Shown piece by piece: positions 61,784 to 64,000 of a DNA stretch of 64,000 nucleotides (its first letter is position 1; each line of letters starts with the position of its first letter). Source of the stretch: Synergistota bacterium. Lineage in GTDB: Bacteria > Synergistota > Synergistia > Synergistales > Synergistaceae. The stretch covers positions 40,034-104,033 of the forward strand of contig JAXQGB010000006.1 in NCBI GenBank assembly GCA_034331105.1, written 5' to 3'. The notes under the pieces were generated by a model. It saw only the letters and a program-made list of their open reading frames with translations, did no database searches and had not been told where the DNA came from. Made by a program: the position numbers and the translations under genes.

Positions 61784-61904
61784 AGTCCCGGAACATTCCC
61801 GTGAGCTTTATCAGCATGAAATTGGCATTTAAACTTTCATTTCGGAGGCGGCAGAGATATGTCCCGTGCAGGGACATCAGGGAGACCTTAAGGAGAGGTG
61901 AAAC

Positions 61905-63023
61905 ATGGAAAAAATTCCAGCTGATATAAAGGCTTTTGTAAATTCCTCACCCTGGTGGAGTACAGGCTTTCCAACAGAGGTGGTATGTTCCGGAGACGGA
62001 GTCGGAGATCTGATAAAAAGAGTGCAGGGTGAGTCACGAAGACCCTTTTATGTCCTGGACAGTTCCCTCAGGGATCAGGAAGCGTTTATTCCTCTTTTCG
62101 GCAGGGCCCCCGTCTTCATTTTTGATGCGTCGGCCTCCGAACCCAGGACAGTGGATGTTGACAGGCTTGTAGAGCTGATCGGTTCAGAGACTGATCATCC
62201 GGACCTGATAGTGGCAGCGGGCGGAGGTTCAACGATGGACCTGGCAAAAGCAGCCGCGATCTGCACCGCAAATCCGGGTCCCTCTTTCAAATATCAGGGC
62301 TATGACATGGAAATGAAAAAAGGGCTTGATATATGGGTCCTTCCCACGCTTAATGGTACCGGAGCGGAAATCACACCCATAGCGGTGCTGAGGGGTCCGG
62401 AAAAAAAACTGGGCATAAACAATAAATTTGTAGAGCCTGCCGTCGCTTTCATCGATCCGCAGCTTTCAGCATCAGCCACGAAACTCAACAGGTTCTTCAC
62501 GCTTATGGACTGCTACTACCATCACTATGAGATCACAAAGAGCAAAACAAGCTCGGGGGAAGCGCTTGCTGACGCATCAAAGGGACTTATGCTTGCCAAG
62601 GATGCTCTCTCCCAAAAAATTGACGGATTTGATGCGGCAAAGGCAATAAAGGCCGCAATGGCTTCGGTGCTCGGAGGCAGCAGCAGCATCGGCGGAAGGG
62701 TCGGCGCAGCACATGCCCTTTCCTACGGACTGAGCAACTCTTCTCCTGCCCTGCCCCACAGCGTTGCCGTAACGATCTCGATGCTGGCCATGGAGGAGAT
62801 ATACCCCGACGGGTACTCAGATACACTCAGATTCCTTGACCTGAACGGGATAGCGGTCCCCTGTGCTTCAGACTATGGGATAAGCGAAAAAGATATATGG
62901 AAGATGACAAAAACAGCCCTTGGCATGGAGAAACTGTGGCAGAGCTGTTTTGGCAATAACTGGCAGGAGGAAGCAACTCCTGACTTTGTCAGAAGTGCCT
63001 ACATGAAAATTACAAGTATATGA
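61905..63023 (+). CDS. Iron-containing (group III) alcohol dehydrogenase family protein
   Basis: AAGGGSTMDLAKAAA glycine-rich motif and His-rich metal region (YHHYE, AAHALSYG). Confidence 0.85.
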   Translation: MEKIPADIKAFVNSSPWWSTGFPTEVVCSGDGVGDLIKRVQGESRRPFYVLDSSLRDQEAFIPLFGRAPVFIFDASASEPRTVDVDRLVELIGSETDHPDLIVAAGGGSTMDLAKAAAICTANPGPSFKYQGYDMEMKKGLDIWVLPTLNGTGAEITPIAVLRGPEKKLGINNKFVEPAVAFIDPQLSASATKLNRFFTLMDCYYHHYEITKSKTSSGEALADASKGLMLAKDALSQKIDGFDAAKAIKAAMASVLGGSSSIGGRVGAAHALSYGLSNSSPALPHSVAVTISMLAMEEIYPDGYSDTLRFLDLNGIAVPCASDYGISEKDIWKMTKTALGMEKLWQSCFGNNWQEEATPDFVRSAYMKITSI

Positions 63024-63039
63024 CAGGGGAGGAATAATA

Positions 63040-64000
63040 ATGGCAGGGACCGAGCTGTTTGGCATTGAAGAAATTCAGGCGCTGACTGATGTCATAGAAA
63101 GAAAGATGATCCACAGGTACGGTTCTCACTCTGTGAGAAACGGCATATACCGTGTGGAAGAATTTGAAGAGAAAGCCAAAAAAATAACGGGATCAAAGCA
63201 CGCTCTTGCGCTGACAAACGGGACTGCCGCGCTCATCACAGCCCTAAAAGGGCTGGGAGTAGGGCCGGGAGATGAAGTGATAACGTCCCCCTTCACCTTC
63301 ATCGCCACCATAGAGGCGATAGTTGCATGCGACGCTGTCCCCGTGCTCGGAGAGATAGATGCGACGCTGGGACTTGATCCTGTATCGGCGGAAAAGCTGA
63401 TAACCAAAAGGACAAAAGCGATAATGCCCGTGCACATGTTCGGAGGCGCAGCTGACCTTGACCCATTCATGGAGATCGGCAGTAAATACTGCATACCTGT
63501 GATCGAAGATGCCTGCGAGGTCGTTGGAGGGACGTACAAAGGAAGGTATCTTGGGTCGATAGGCAGATGCGGGACCTGGAGCTTTGACCCCAACAAGACA
63601 CTTACAGTAGGAGAGGGAGGCCTGATACTCACTGACGATGAAGACCTCTGCTTCAGGATGGACTGCTATCATGACCACGGGCATATCCACAGCAAAGCGC
63701 ACGACAGGGGTGAAGAGGGCAAGTTCGGCCTGGGAGTCAATTACAGGCTTAGCGAGCTCCAGGGTGCGCTGGGTGTAGTTGCACTGGACAAGATGGATGC
63801 CACGCTGGGCAAGTTGAGGGCAACAAAGAAAAAGATACTGGATGCAGTAAGGGAGACGGGGATAAAGCCACGTCCGCTGCATAACGTCGAGGGCGATACG
63901 GCTTCCCATCTCATATTCATGCTGCCCTCACAGGAGGCCGCAGTGAGTTTCAGGCGTGCGGCCGGGGAGGCGGGGACCTGTTTCAGCATAATATCTGAAA
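63040..64000 (+). CDS. DegT/DnrJ/EryC1 family PLP aminotransferase; 3' end lies outside the window
   Basis: ATG at 63040 after GGGGAGG. My own translation gives MAGTELFGIEEIQALTDVIERK...ALTNGTAALITALK...WSFDPNKTLTVGEGG (PLP Lys context). Absent from the ORF track because no stop codon occurs before the window end. Confidence 0.8.
   Translation, partial: MAGTELFGIEEIQALTDVIERKMIHRYGSHSVRNGIYRVEEFEEKAKKITGSKHALALTNGTAALITALKGLGVGPGDEVITSPFTFIATIEAIVACDAVPVLGEIDATLGLDPVSAEKLITKRTKAIMPVHMFGGAADLDPFMEIGSKYCIPVIEDACEVVGGTYKGRYLGSIGRCGTWSFDPNKTLTVGEGGLILTDDEDLCFRMDCYHDHGHIHSKAHDRGEEGKFGLGVNYRLSELQGALGVVALDKMDATLGKLRATKKKILDAVRETGIKPRPLHNVEGDTASHLIFMLPSQEAAVSFRRAAGEAGTCFSIISE

Noticed and set aside
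63126-63909. Two long minus-strand ORFs (168 and 221 aa) at the right end of the window
   Set aside because: Both are antisense to an open plus-strand frame starting at 63040. That frame has a strong RBS and clear DegT aminotransferase motifs. It is missing from the ORF track only because it has no stop codon before the window end.

Overview
Gene-dense chromosomal window: about 62 protein genes, 3 tRNAs and 2 cobalamin riboswitches. I saw no rRNA, CRISPR array, transposase or integrase. The encoded envelope is diderm (secretin, TolC-type channel, ExbB/ExbD/TonB, TonB-dependent receptor, KdsB, LpxB-related protein). Local synteny is Firmicutes-like (rsmB-PASTA-rpe, DUF370-gyrB), so I infer a non-proteobacterial diderm, possibly Synergistota-like; this is inference only. 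Main blocks: (1) 2.3-14.3 kb, a divergent type II secretion (T2SS)-like locus: a 10-gene translationally coupled minus-strand operon plus a detached, oppositely oriented gspG and a LysM-M23 peptidase. No prepilin peptidase or pilotin is in the window, and the proteins at the L/M/N positions are barely recognisable. (2) 15.4-24.0 kb, an orphan hydroxy-acid locus: TRAP transporter, split aconitase X, LarA-like protein, GntR regulator and IlvD/Edd dehydratase, with repeated TGTATACA operators. (3) 24.0-25.9 kb, an AT-richer dinD cassette bounded by near-identical palindromic terminators beside tRNA-Thr and tRNA-Tyr. (4) 26.1-34.3 kb, two B12-riboswitch units (btuF-like/ATPase/permease plus a dedicated exbB-exbD-tonB, and a BtuB-like receptor) flanking a TIM-barrel gene that may be a CbiR-type cobamide remodeller. 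(5) A Crp/Fnr regulator next to a ferredoxin/membrane Fe-S pair whose promoter carries a TGTGA-type palindrome. (6) A diguanylate cyclase, and gpmA fused onto an RND efflux operon. (7) gyrB and housekeeping genes, including a kinase-less PASTA protein. (8) copZ-copA with an exported SOR-fold-like protein whose mature N-terminus is His. (9) kdsB, Fe-ADH and a DegT aminotransferase, reminiscent of Kdo8N biosynthesis. All family calls come from motifs read by eye; no database search was possible.
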